DNA from: a virus
Strand: one strand, 5' to 3'
IMG/VR virus record: IMGVR_UViG_3300032287_003622
Location: 70,933-134,932 of that record
Length of the DNA stretch: 64,000 nt
Shown: piece after piece, positions 63,845 to 64,000 of the stretch
Layout of the letters: every line of letters begins with the position of its first letter
Numbering within the stretch: the stretch's first letter is position 1
Translations under genes and position numbers: made by a program
Notes under the pieces: generated by a model
What the model saw: the letters and a program-made list of their open reading frames with translations, nothing else
Database searches by the model: none
What the model was told of the DNA's origin: nothing

Positions 63845-64000
63845 CAGAGCTGATCAGGAAAGTCTCGAAAGAGTGCGTGCTGGATGTTGCCACTCACAAA
63901 CTGATTGAAACTTTTGTGTTTGGTTTCTAGTTCGCCTTCAAGTGGTGCTACTCTGCGAAATGCTTCATCCATTTGGCCCATGTCGCGGAACTCCATTAAA
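63844..64000 (-). CDS. 3' end of a small protein, DUF6614-like (5' end beyond window)
   Basis: Read by hand: ..LMEFRDMGQMDEAFRRVAPLEGELETKHKSFNQFVSGNIQHALFRDFPDQL*; family call is from memory of the ALxRDFPD C-terminus. Confidence 0.6.
   Translation of the reverse strand, partial: LMEFRDMGQMDEAFRRVAPLEGELETKHKSFNQFVSGNIQHALFRDFPDQL

Overview
This 64 kb window is from a large T4-like (myovirus-type, probably jumbo) bacteriophage and reads cleanly in the standard genetic code. It has four parts. (1) Bases 1-23.8 kb hold a dense sugar/small-molecule tailoring region: six radical SAM enzymes (five with an N-terminal twitch-like Cys domain), six paralogous 'ET...TEK' glycosyltransferase-like domains, a NodU/TobZ carbamoyltransferase, an amidinotransferase, an RmlB-type dehydratase, three SGNH-like domains and three GT-A-like proteins. 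(2) Bases 24.2-54.0 kb are a minus-strand baseplate/tail module: gp48/54-like, gp53-like, split hub-like, gp5-like, gp25, gp6, a 4885-aa wedge-like giant and tail proteins, with recurrent TAAATA late-promoter motifs. (3) Bases 54.1-63.0 kb carry gp55 late sigma factor, gp47 and gp46, interleaved with more tailoring genes (a seventh TEK paralog, two radical SAMs, two SDRs). (4) A stand-alone GIY-YIG nuclease gene is followed directly by about 370 nt of non-coding sequence that folds by eye into a multi-domain, possibly pseudoknotted RNA; this is the strongest candidate for an undescribed system. All product calls rest on motif recognition by eye; no searches or folding programs were run.
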